A stretch of DNA of 64,000 nucleotides from Squalus acanthias (lineage: Eukaryota): contig CM059431.1 in NCBI GenBank assembly GCA_030390025.1, positions 116,624,001-116,688,000 of the forward strand, in the 5' to 3' direction. The position numbers and the translations under genes are program-made. Below are positions 25,546 to 37,400 of this stretch, one piece after another (position 1 is the stretch's first letter; each line of letters starts with the position of its first letter). The notes under the pieces were generated by a model. It saw only the letters and a program-made list of their open reading frames with translations. It was not told the origin of the DNA and did not search any database.

Positions 25546-26771
25546 CCCTGCTTAAAAGGAAAAACAGAAAAATCCATTGTGGCTTTCCTGCCAGCCCAAT
25601 GGGTTAATTGTCAATTCCTGATTCCCTTCAGTCACTGTGGGGAAACATCCACTCAAGTTAAAAAAATTGAAAATTTAACATTGCCCAAAATGTTCACAAA
25701 ACACACAGCTGGTTGTGAAAAGAGTTAACTTTTTTTTTTCAAAAGAAGACAAACCCAGATCCCATCAATTAATGTTAGCTTGTGTCACACAACTTCTCAC
25801 AGCTTTCAGGTAAATTTAAAACAAAATCTTTTTGCCTTTAAAACTTACAAAGATTCTGATCAATTCAATTCAGCAGGTAAAAAGCGTCAGACATCATAAA
25901 CATTCTGTGAAACAACTCCACACACAACAATAGCATTTCCTTTTTTTCCCCCCTGGTCACACATTCTTGAAATTGGTCAGAAATTTTAAAAATACCAATT
26001 GTTGATGTGATTGCCTCATGTCCGGAACTCGAGGCTTTCACACAATTTACACCAACCAGAATTTCACCGTGGCCACAATAAAAGTCTGCTTTAAACAGGT
26101 TAATTAACCTCAATAACTCTAATTTAATTCAAACCAATATCTTAAACTAACCAGTACCGCTTGAAAAAGTGGGAGGAGCTTCCCTCAGCTTGTAGCTTCG
26201 AAACATTCATACAAGTTTTTTTCAGACATCACTACACTGAAAAGAGAAAAGGGACAGAACCTTTCCTTTTCTCCTGTCTTTATTTCACCATAGGCTACTT
26301 GTCAAAAACTTAGAAAGTGGGCATCTCGGACATGCAGTAACCAAATTAAGAAAACAGTGCTTTGTAAACGTTCAATTAATTTAAAATCAAATCAAACAAT
26401 AGCTATTTTTTGTAATACAATTAGAACAAAGTACTTTCAAAAAGTCCAAATTAATTTCTACCAGATACGATTAGAAACCATGGCAACTGTAACTTCAAGG
26501 CTGAAGCTTATCTTTTGTAAAACAAACTGCTTCTGATTTACAGTTTGCTGTACAAGCTGTCCCAGTCAAAATATATCCACAGCAGTGTCTTTAACTTAAA
26601 AATACAAATCACAAAGTTTCTCCCACTTCTAGGTGCACAATCTTAAATTGAAATGAACATATTTAACACATCCATACTCTTAAAACTTCCAACATCCAAC
26701 AAAGGATTAAACGGCTTTAGCTCCATGCACAGAAAAGTGGGTGGAACTAAAACAAGCACAACAGACACTTT

Positions 26772-27547
26772 GGGCTGGATTTTGTCTTGGGGTCGGGTTG
26801 GGGTCGGGTAATCCGCATTTCGTGTTTCCCCCCCGACTCCAGAGTAATGTGGATGCCTGATGCAATTTTCACTTAATTGGGCAATTGAGTTGCAGCATGT
26901 GGGAACCCATGACCTAATTAGTGGTTTCAGTCTGAAACCCGCCTCTGATGATGTCATCATTGCTGACTGCCTGCTCTCAGAGATTGTCTGGCTGCTGGTG
27001 AGAGAGGACCTTTCTGCATTGCTTCTGATGTGAGTGGACCTGGATGCATATATATATATATATATATGAATGTGAGAGAGAGAGAGAGAGAGAGAGAGAA
27101 TTTTTTGCATCCAAGTCCTCTTACACCAAATCCCATGACATTGAATGTAGCAGTATCAGAGGCGACTTTCACACCTCATACTACTACTACTTTCATCACA
27201 TCTCCGTTGTAATAGTGGACTTGCAGCCGATAGTCAGCTATCCATTTGTGCTCCCGCCAGGTTTCACTGGAGTGTTTCACACCAGGCATACTTCACGTCA
27301 GAAAAGGGTTAAACTAGCTGCAATGTTTCAAAATAGCATTATAGGCCCAATTTAGGGCTTGTTAAGTGCTTTAATGGCCTCTCCCGCCTCTTGGAGGCGG
27401 GACGGAGTCGGGAACCCCGCGACTGATTTTGTCAAAATTGCGTGGAGGCGGGATGGAGTCGGGATGGGGTCGGAAACCCCGACCCCGCAAATTTAACCCC
27501 CCACACGCCTCCAAACCCGACTCCATGGGTCATTCAATATCCAGCCC
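26772..27547. mobile_element. Harbinger MITE family A, inverted relative to 354-1090; contains (TA)n and (GA)n
   Basis: TIR GGGCTGGAT...ATCCAGCCC; reverse-complement similarity to 354-1090. Confidence 0.85.
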
Positions 27548-27699
27548 TCCCTCTCAAAGACAGACTTTCAGACAAACTTCTTAAAATTGATAGTCAGGAA
27601 AACTTCCACACTTTAATAGACACTTTCACACAAACTGAAATTCAGCATCCTTTAAGGTTCCTTTCACTCAGCAAATCTTGTGTTTTATTTGTCTCGGCA

Positions 27700-28389
27700 T
27701 AGAAGCTGATAGCTTCCGTGTCGGTAAAACTTTAAGTTTCTCTTTTTTTTCCTACTTTTAAATCGGCATCTCAGCAGCTTTTCCTGGCTCCCCAAATCCC
27801 TGTTTTTTTCCTTCCTTTGCTGAGTTTTCAGATTGGTTAGCCTGCAACGTAGATCCTTTCCCCTCTTAACTCCCACTCTCTCTCCTGCTCTTTATGCTTC
27901 ACCTCCAGTTTCTTAATCCACTTATTACATTCACTGTGGTCACTACGAGCACTCCGTTCCTCTAGAGCCTGTTTCTGGGTGACCCTAAATGCAACCTTCA
28001 GGTCCTCATTGATCTTTTCTGCCTGTTCTGCCTGATGTCTCTGTTTGGATAGTTCTTTTGACACGGTATCGTACTGATTCTGATTATTTATACACTGGCT
28101 ATCGAGTTGTTGTTCTTTATTATACCACCTCTCCTCCTGTTCTAACTTTTCCTCGAGCCGGGTTCTACGTTCCCTTTCTTACTCTGTTTCTTTCCTTAAC
28201 TTGATCTTTACCCTTTCATCAGATTTAAACTGCCTCTGATAGGCCAATAACCAAACAGATGTCCTTACCCTTGGCCCACACATGGACCCTTGTGTCCACT
28301 GTCCAGCCTCCAATACTGGATCATTACCGTCGAAGAGGCAACTTCCCTGTCACATACTTAGTGACTAACTCATCCATTGACTTTGCCAT
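27700..28389 (-). pseudogene. gag N-terminal coiled-coil region (degenerate)
   Basis: ATG 17 nt downstream of PBS (MAKSMDELV...), then E/K/Q/R-rich heptads ERRTRLEEKLEQEE...SKELSKQRHQAEQAEKINEDLKVAF. Confidence 0.6.
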
Positions 28390-28405
28390 TGTCTGATCTG
28401 AATGG

Positions 28406-28423
28406 GTCCCTGTTCAGGCGCCA
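28406..28423 (-). promoter_or_regulatory. Primer binding site, tRNA-Lys(UUU)
   Basis: TGGCGCCTGAACAGGGAC, one mismatch to the canonical TGGCGCCCGAACAGGGAC, 5 nt from the LTR end. Confidence 0.9.
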
Positions 28424-28428
28424 AAATC

Positions 28429-29217
28429 TGTTTGACATGCGGAAATCGCCCCTCGCCCCGTCCAACAGTTTCCAAAGTTCAGACCTGTCGAACAGACAAC
28501 ACAAAACCCAATGAATCTGTGAAACTTCTTTTACTTAAAAATCAGCAAGAGATTACAAGTAAGCATCCAACAGTTATGTAGCGTATAATAATTCCCAATT
28601 ATACCTCAGCATACACAGAGCTATCCCTTTACTTTAAGCTCAAGCAAAACATCACATGTGTACTAACACCAGAAGTGGTCAATCTGGCAGTGACTAGACG
28701 TATAATTTCTGGCAACTGACCAGGTCGCCCGGCTGCAGCCCCGAGTGTCTTGAAACAGCATCTTTTATACACCAAAATTTGGCTACCCTCCCACTGCATA
28801 CGTGTTGTTTTACATGTCCCTAACTATACGGATATAATCTTCATTAGTTGTTTTTTTCAGTTACTCTTATCAATAGTCCGTTGAGCATCTGTGGGCCTTC
28901 AAGGTTGGTTTTCCATGGTCTGAAGATGTTTCCACAGTTCAATAGTCTGTTCCCACAGGACTCTCAAAGCATGCTTTCCTTATCTTGGTAAAAGGCAGCT
29001 GGCAGCCTTTCACAGCTTACAACCGTAACAGTTCATTTAGCAGGAAGTCTCTGTTCCTGCCCAAGGTCTCCTTTATCTGTCAAAGGTTTTCGTACAAAAA
29101 TTCTCACAGGAACCAACCTCTCAGCTTCCCGAAGCATGCTGGCATATTAAAATGTGGCTAACTTTTTAAGTTTGGTCAAGTTACAGCAAAAGTTATAGCA
29201 AATCGTGTGTTCTTAGA
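28429..29217 (-). repeat. LTR of env-bearing element
   Basis: ~790 bp, highly similar to 19321-20102; PBS on one side, PPT+env tail on the other. Confidence 0.9.
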
Positions 29218-29397
29218 AGTCCACCCTCAAGTGGCTGTGCACCCAAATCAAGGCTCACAGGCAGTTACAACTTGTAGGCTTTGTCTTCTACCTTCGGGGT
29301 CTTCTGCAACAGTTTAATCCACTCTTGCTGCTTGTGTCTCCTGTTGACTCAACAAGTTATCGTTAGTAAATATAACACAATCACCAACTGAACAATG

Positions 29398-31166
29398 ACC
29401 TGAAGGAAAAAAAAAATCAGGGCTACGGGGAAATGGCAGGGGAGTGGGACTAGCTGAAGTGCTCTCGCAGAGAGCTGGCATGGGCTCGACGGGTTGAATG
29501 GCCTCCTTCTGTGCTGTAACCATTCTATGATTCTATGAATACAGAAGATAATGGCATGTTGCTTATCGCATGTTGGATTTGATCAATTGTGAAGCCTGTT
29601 TAAGTCAGCTCTGGAGCCAAGCTATTACCATTTCTGTGTGCAGGCCATTTCATTATTTGAAAACTGCATTGTGATTGCAAATAATTGGATCCATTTGCTG
29701 AATAATGACCCTAATTGCTATTTTTGCAACACCAGGAAATCCGTGTCATTATTTGAAGCCCATGTTGGAAGCTGGCAGCCTCAACCCACACCAGATGACA
29801 TGACACTGATTTATCCAGGTGTCAACTGACCTTTTATCACTTCAGTTGTTGATGCACCACCCCCACCATTTTTATTTAATGGGTTACCAGCGGCATTATG
29901 ATCGAAAAACCTAGACCTTACAATATATTACAAGGCACAGTTAGTTTGTATTATTTATCAGCTAGTTCAGTTGGTAACGATGCTGTCACTGGGCCAGAGT
30001 TGTAGGTTCAAGTCCTCCATCATGACTGCAATTCATAGTCGAGGCTGACACTCCAGTGCAGTATTGAAAGGATACTGATTAATTGGGGCTGCTTTCCTTC
30101 AGATGTGACTTTAAACCAAAAGCCTGCTTAATTGTTCAGGTGGATGTTAAAAATCTGATGATATTATTTGAAGAAGAGCAGGGAGTTTGTCCAATGTCCT
30201 GGCCGACATTACTCCAGCAATACATAAGAATGTAAGAACATAAGAAACAGGAGCAGGAGTAGGCCAATCGGCCCCTCGAGCCTGCTCCGCCATTCAATAA
30301 GATCATGGCTGATCCAATCTTGGCCTCAACACCACTTTCCCGCTCTCTCCCCATACCCCTTCACTCCCTTGTAGTTCAAATGTCTGTCAATCTCCGCCTT
30401 GAATATATTCAATGACTCCGCCTCCACAGCTCTCTGGGGTGGAGAATTCCAAAGATTCACGACCCTCTGAGAGAATAAATTCCTCCTCATCTCCGTCTTC
30501 AATGGGCCACCCTTTATTCTGAATCTATGCCCCCTAGTTCTAGATATTTCCACTAGGGGAAACATCCTCTCAGCATCCACCCTGTCAATCCCCCTCAGAA
30601 TCTTATATGTTTCAATAAGATCACCTCTCATTCTTCTAAACTCCAATGAGTATAGGCTCAACCTTTCGTCATACGTCAACCTCTTCATCCCAGGAATCAA
30701 CCTAGTGAACCTTCTCTGCACTGCCTCCAATGCAAGTATATCCTTCCTTAAATATGGAGACCAAAACTGTATGCAGTACTCCAGGTGCAGTCTCACCAGC
30801 GCCCTGTAAAGTTACATTAAAACTTCCTTACTTTTATACTCCATACCGCTTGCAATAAAGGCCAACATTCCATTCGCCTTCCTAATTACTTGCTGTACCT
30901 GCATGCTAACTGTTTGTGTTTCATGTACTAGGACCTCCAGATCCCTTTGTACCGCAGCATTTTGTACCTGAACAAATAGATTAACTGGTCACTCATGGAA
31001 TTGCCATTTGTAAGATGGTTCTGGCGCAGAACAGCTACGCAATTTGCCTACATAACAACACCCACTGCACTTCACTATTAATTCAATGGCCGGAATTTTG
31101 TGGGGTCCATGCGGGTGAGATTGGAGGCGGGTCGGGAACCGCGCACCTTTCCCTCGGGCGCGTTTG
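29398..31166 (+). repeat. Direct duplication, copy 2 (with extra CR1 insert)
   Basis: Matches 20309-21376 apart from the insertion at ~30223-30964. Confidence 0.9.
30223..30964 (-). mobile_element. 5'-truncated CR1 LINE
   Basis: ORF 30326-30796 LEYCIQFWSPYLRKDI...TRGH...WNS; (CATAAGAA)n tail; absent from duplicate copy 1. Confidence 0.9.
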
Positions 31167-31522
31167 CCGGTGTGGCAGTGACCCGAACGACAGAGACGGA
31201 CGACCTAATTCAAATCATTATCACCTTGTTGTCAGACCCTTAATTGCCTTTTTTAGTCTCCCTTTCAAATTTCCCTGGCTGCCCATGGGATTCACACAGC
31301 TCGGGAACCACGTCTGTCAGCCTGAGGCGGGAGTTGAGTGGCCATTGCTCCAGCTAATTAGATGCCAGCAAGAAATGTACTATAAAAGCTCCCACCTCAC
31401 AGCTGATCACTTTCCTCAGGCAGAAGCTGTTGCTGACTGCATTCCCAGCACAGTTTTAGCTATCTACAAGCTGCAAGTGTTTGCAGCAAAGTCAACATCC
31501 AGTCTCACCTCATTGGTAGAAC

Positions 31523-33100
31523 TTATTCGAACCTTGGCAGAATTCTTCTCTCATCTCTACTTGACCCGCCATCAGAGGGGCCATGAGGACCCAAGTCTAT
31601 GCTGACATCCCTCTTAGACAGAAAGTCTATGAGCCTCTGCCATTTATGCTCCATAGATGGCCATCTATTCTCCATGGAGACCATGTGCTCCTGTGAGTGG
31701 CACATTAGCTGCTCCATGCATGTGGTCATCCTTTCCATGGAAGAGCCTGCAGTCGCCATCGCCTGCGACATAGTGGTGCTCATGTTGGAGATGGACTCCT
31801 CCATTCTCTGCACATTTGCAGACATCGCGGTCGCTAAACCTGTCAGAGCCTCCTGCACTTCTTCCTGCACCTCCAGGATCGCCCTCTTTCTCGATGGCCC
31901 CCGAGGCTCAGCATCTGCATGCAGCCAAGCAGAGCTGGGAGCGTCCTGTGCCCTCCGGCGAGGAGACTCCACTGCTGTCCCTGTCTCCACCATCTGCTCT
32001 TTCTGATTTGTGATAGACCAGGTGACAATACTACTCTATCTTGCGTGGGACCCACCGCAGTCTGCGTCTCTGTGCTGGTGCTGGGTGTGCTTATGTCTGG
32101 TGATGCTGTGCCCTCAGAGGCTGGAGGCTCCTCTGAGGAGTCATCTTCCTCTTCCTCCTGGACAGTTGGCGGGGGGGGTGGGGAGGTGGTGGTGCTCTTG
32201 ATGGACCTGTGGGAGAGTAAAGGGATGAGTTAGATATGCCATATGAAGAATGGGCACTGATACCATTATGCACATGATGACCATTCAGTGACTGATGACA
32301 GCAGTACCCATATGAGTGACTGATGTATGCCATGTAGCTGTTTGATATTTAATTCTATCAGCAGGTTGCTGAGATGTCCCCCTCTCTCCGTCTCCCACCT
32401 CCAGCTGCTCAGCCACTCCCGATACTTCGAATGCAGCCTCTTCTGCTGATGTTACAGTGGCCAATAATGGAGTGCCACCTCCAGTTCTCTCCCTCTCCCT
32501 CTTATTGTGTGCTCCCCTTTCTTCCAAGGAGAGAAAGAAGAGAAGGTTGAGTGAGAGTGATGGAATGAGTGTAAGGAATGGATGAGTTACATCTTTAGAG
32601 GGAGACTATAATGGATTGGGTGGCAATGCCAAGTGGCCTCCTTGTGTGTTGTTAGTTGGTATGATTGCACTAGGATGAGAGTGAGTGTGAGGGGTGGCTA
32701 GTAAGATGAGGATGTGATAATGTAGATAGAGAGGGATGGGTGGACGTGCAAGGTATGTTGGTGTGAGTAAGAATGTGCAGGAGTAGGGTTGGGAAGACAG
32801 AGTGATGCGGATGTGATGAGAGGCACAGCAGGATGAAGTTGAGTGTGGCTTTGTACTCAACTTTCCTGATCTAATGAGATCATTGAAGCATTTCAGGTAC
32901 TGCACCCAGGTCCTCCTGAACACATCCCTGCTATTCAACTCCTCTGCAATTTGGAGGCAGGCTCTTCTTGTCTCCTGGTGAGGTATCTTCCGCCCATTTG
33001 AAGAGAAGAGGACCTCCCTGCGTGCTCTCACTCCCTCCACAAGCATATGGAGGGAGTCATCGGAGAACCTGGGTGCAGCCCTCTGTCTCAGTGCAGTCAT
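31523..33100 (-). pseudogene. Harbinger Myb/SANT DNA-binding protein gene, multi-exon
   Basis: Exon 1 MTALRQRAAPRFSDDSL...RTWVQYLKCFNDL; exon 2 AHNKRERERTGGG; acidic linker; C-terminal coiled coil (31523-31993). Confidence 0.8.
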
Positions 33101-33532
33101 GTCTCCAAGTGTTTGGAGCAAACTAAACCTCCAGTACAGTGAGTGCAAACTCCTCGAGGAACCTTCAAATGCAATGCGGCCATGGCCCGACTGAAAACGC
33201 ATCATGGGTGACCTCATCAGACCCGCGCCATTTAATAGGGCCGCGTAACGCGCAGGGCGTGCTTAATAGGCCCTGACGTAAGAAAACTACTAGGCACTTG
33301 GATCTAAGCGTTAAACAAAGCTTTAATCAACTGTTTTTCAACATGGAGATCTAGTTGTGTCTTTATCTGGTTCCTGTTGAGGAATGTCCTAAGCAAGCTG
33401 GGCCCATGCCTGAGTATTTATACTCTCCCTGGACAGCGCCACCAGCAGGCCGCCCAGTAGTACTTCATACATGAATGACAAGATTCATGTCATTCTTCCC
33501 GCCTGAAAGATTGGAAGTCCGGCAGCTTCCTT

Positions 33533-36075
33533 CTACCGAATTAGCCGGACTAAGAATAGACGCAGTCGTTTGGTTCTCCATTGGAGGCCGGAAAGCACGT
33601 CTCCTCGGACCGTGTCTTGGTCCCGAGGTCGCTTGGTTCGTACAGGCGGGCTGGCAGAGTCCGTGTTGCCTTGATCGACCTGAGGGGGACTGGGGAGATC
33701 GTGACTCCGGGTGCGGGCCCTCACAGGCGCAGAGCTGGCTTCATCCTGCTCAGTAGCCAGTGATTGACCGGCGTCCTGGCTTTGGGTGGCCATCCCGCGG
33801 GGAGCGCTCTGTTCCCCGGGTTGATCTGGCGGAGTAGCTGGCCAATCCCTTGATGTCCCGGGTAGGGCGTCATCCTCGGAGGAGCGCGGAGTATCGGCGT
33901 CGTTAATACGGATCTCTCTATCGATTGGGTCCGTGGGACCGGTTGGGCAGAGAGCCAGATCCCGAAGTGAAACTGTGGACTCCCGGACATCAGGGTACTG
34001 CACGTATGCATATGTAGGATTGACATCCGTTAGTTCCACCTCGTCGACGAGGGGATCACTCTTGGAGGATCGGACGAATCTTCGGAGCAGCACAGAGCCA
34101 GGAGCTGCCAACCATGATGGTAGGGACGTCCCATGAGTGGAGCGACGCTGGAACCCGAAGAATCGTTCGTGAGGAGTAACATTGGTGGATGTAGAAAGAA
34201 GAGACCTGAGGAAATGCAACGCGTCAGGGAGCATAGTTGCCCACTGTTGGTCTGGTAGATCGCGTGACCTCAGTGCAAGATGAATAGCGTTCCAAATGAT
34301 AGCGTTGTATCTCTCAACCTGTCCGTTTCCAATAGGATGATACGGTGTCGTTTTACTTGTGGCAATTCCCATTTGGGAAAGATAACTTTTGAGTTCGCTT
34401 GACATGAAGGAGGGACCCCGATCAGAGTGGATGAAATTGGCCGTACCGCAAAGGGAAAAGACCTGATCGAGGCATTTGATCACTGTGGAAGTAAGCATAT
34501 TGGGACAGGGGAAAGCAAAGGGAAAGCATGAATATTCGTCCACGATAGTAAGCAAGTAGGTGTTTCGTGTTGAGGAAGGCAATGGCCCTTTAAAGTCAAT
34601 GCTGAGTCGCTGCATAGGCTGTGTAGCGTGTGTGAGCGAGCCATCCGACGGACGGAAGAATTGCAGTTTTAATTCCGTGCAAATTCTACAAGTGGAGCAT
34701 GTTCTTTTCACGTCTTCCGCAGAAAATGGGAGATTTTTAGATCGCACAAAGTGCAACATACGGGTAACGCCAGGATGGCATAAGTCAATATGAAGATCCG
34801 CAAGCGTCGAAGTTGACATGGAAGAGCTGGATGCACGCGTGAGGGTATCAGGGGCCACATTCTCCTTGCCGGGTCGATACTGTATGGTGTAGCCAAAGGC
34901 GGCCAATTCCATCCTCCAGAGCTGTATTTTGATCTTCTTGATTTTAGTGCGTTTCCGGTTATCCAGCATAAAGGCCACCGAGCGCTGATCGGTTATGAGC
35001 GTGAAATGGCGACGAGCGAGAAAATGATTCCATTTACGTACTGCTTCGATGATAGCCGTAGCCTCCTTCTCGACAGGAGGATAATGGAGCTCGCTACTCT
35101 GCAAAGTTCTAGACAGAAACGCAACGGGTTGACCGCCTTGATTCAAGGTAGCCGAGATCGCCACCTCCGATGCATCGCACTCGACCACGAAAGGGAGATT
35201 TTCAGTGATGGAATGAAGCGCGGCTTTTTCCAGTTGTTGCTTGAGGAGGTCGAAAGCTGAAATAGCCCTCGCCTCCAACGGAAATGACTTCGCGTGAAGC
35301 AGGGGCTGGATCTTGTCGGAAAAGTGAGGTGTCCACTTTGCATATTAGGCGAACATGCCGAGGGCCCGACGAAGAGAGCTGAGATTCGTAGGAGGAGGGA
35401 GCTCCTGAAGCGGACGAAGTCGCTCCGGATCCGGTTTGATGACACCATTGCCCACCCAGTAGCCAAGGATTATGACTGATGGTACTGATTTCACAGATTC
35501 GGACTCATTTAAGGTTAAGTTGCGATGACGGAGAACGTCAAGAAATTTCTGGAGGTTAGCATCATGCTCCTTCTGGTCATGACCAGCAATGGTGATATTA
35601 TCCAGATATGGAAAAATGTCTGTTACTGTTAAGTTCTCCTGTTTGACGAGGCTATCCATTGCCCGTTGAAAGACGGCCACCTCATTGGTGACCCCGAATG
35701 GAAGGTGACAAAACTGGTAAAGCCGACCATTGGCCTCAAAGCCGTATACTTTTTGTCAGAGTCCTTTAATGGTACTTGATGGTATGCGTCTTTAAGTCAA
35801 AAGTTGAAAATACCTTGTAGTTAGCAAGGTTATTGACCATGTCATCGATGCGTGGTAGTGGGTAGGCATCCAGGTCGGTATACTGGTTAATAGTTTGCGA
35901 GTAATCGATGCAAAGACGTTTCTTGTTTTGCTTCAGAGGATTTTTAACAACGACGACTTGAGCCCGCCAGGAAGATGAACATGGCTCAATGATACCATCA
36001 GCTAGAAGGCGAGGGATCTCTGCCTCGATAAAGGATAGGTCATCTTGGCTGAAACGTCGTGATTTAGTGGCTATG
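33533..36075 (-). pseudogene. pol: Gypsy pol (RT-RNase H-integrase), frameshifted
   Basis: RLCIDY, DAYPLP, PFGVTN, YLDN; CDAS..., EKEA, TDQ; H..H..C..C; IDFKGP, HSDRG, NGQVER. Confidence 0.92.
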
Positions 36076-36083
36076 GGCTTACA

Positions 36084-37400
36084 TCAGGGGGAAAGATTGG
36101 CAAACAAGGAGGGCTCGTCGAGCGAAGCCGCCGAAAGTGCACAAAACGGTACTTTGGAAATAGTAAGCTCCGGCTTTGATCTTCCAAACTCGAAAGTGAG
36201 TCTTTCGTGTTGTTTCTGGAAATCCTGTCCCAGGAGCACATCACTGCATAGGTTTTTGAGCACCCCGAGCCAGGTAGAGAAATAAGTGCGGCCATTGAGA
36301 ATAAGGTCGACAAGACAAAAGCCGGAAGAGTTGGTGGTCAGTGTCGTCAGAGCCATTGCTATTTCCCTGTCCGAGGGGTAAATACGCAGTTTTAACTTAC
36401 TGACAGCCTGCTCACTGATGAAGCTGTCAGAGCTGCATGAGTCGATTAATGCACTCAAAATGTGTCCATTTACCAAAACCTTTGTGGCTGTATGGGACAG
36501 GCTTTGGGGAAAAACAGCTGTGATGGGAGGAGGGGTAGTTTTATCCTTGACAGCTGTAACATTAGTAGTGGCTCTTGGGGGAGGAGCAGTTTTATAGGGA
36601 GCAGCTGTAACCCTAGAAGAGGCTCTTGACTGACATACTTTCGAGAAGTGGCCTTTCTCACTGCAATGATTGCAGATTGCATTACGAGCAGGACAAAATT
36701 TCCTATAATGAAATGCACCTCCACAGAAGAAACACTTCCTTTTAGATTGCCAAGATGCCGCTAGGGTAGGGTCGTCATCAGTTAGGATAGAGTCGTCATC
36801 AGTGAGGGCTTCCACCTGAGGCTTATCGGAGGAGTCACTAAAAGTGATAGCAGCAGTCCGTGCACGTGGTAAAAGATAGGCATCTGCATTTTTTTTTGCC
36901 AAGTCCAGAGAATATGCCTGGTCATAGGCAGCTTGTAACTCGAGGGTTTAATTCTCCAGCAGACGCTGGCGTATGAAGGGAGACGCAATTCCATTAATAA
37001 AAGAATCACTAATTAACTCCTCCTGGTACTGCTCAGCTGAGACAGCCTTGAGATTACAATCTTTGCTGAGCCTGCGAAGCTTTTGAAGGAATTCGTCAAG
37101 TGATACCCCGGGTTGTTGTCGAGTTGTGGCCAGTAGATGCCGAGCAAAAATTTTGTTTGGGGCCTTAACATATAGTTGCTGTAGTATTCGGATAGCGGAG
37201 TCATAGTCGACACAGTCTTCGATATAGTCAAATACATAAGGGGATACATAATTGGCAAGTATCTCTAACTTATCAGGAACATTCTCACCACATGCCCTGA
37301 GGTAGTTGCTGAAGGTACGAAACCAATGTTTCCATACCTTAGCAGTTGTAGGTGAATTTGGGTCTAGGTCAAGACGAGCGGGTTGGAGTAGTTTCTCCAT
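36084..37400 (-). pseudogene. gag: Gypsy gag + aspartic protease
   Basis: MEKLLQPARLDLDP..WKHW; two zinc knuckles CFFCGG.FH...C and CNHC...GHF...C; ALIDSCSS protease motif; one stop near 36948. Confidence 0.9.

Larger units (their letters stand above)
21377..29400 (-). mobile_element. Defective envelope-bearing LTR retroelement (lokiretrovirus-like), permuted: partial LTR 21377-21435, env, integrase, non-coding, gag 5' part, PBS, LTR 28429-29217, env tail 29218-29400
   Basis: LTR homology to 19321-20102, tRNA-Lys PBS, PPT-like GAGGGT(A/G)GACT adjoining LTRs, integrase and env-like ORFs; no PR/RT/RNase H found. Confidence 0.8.

Noticed and set aside
19321..29217. Treating 19321-20102 and 28429-29217 as the paired LTRs of one provirus
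   Set aside because: CR1 resumes directly after 20102 with a TSD-like flank, and env's own adjoining LTR piece is at 21377-21435
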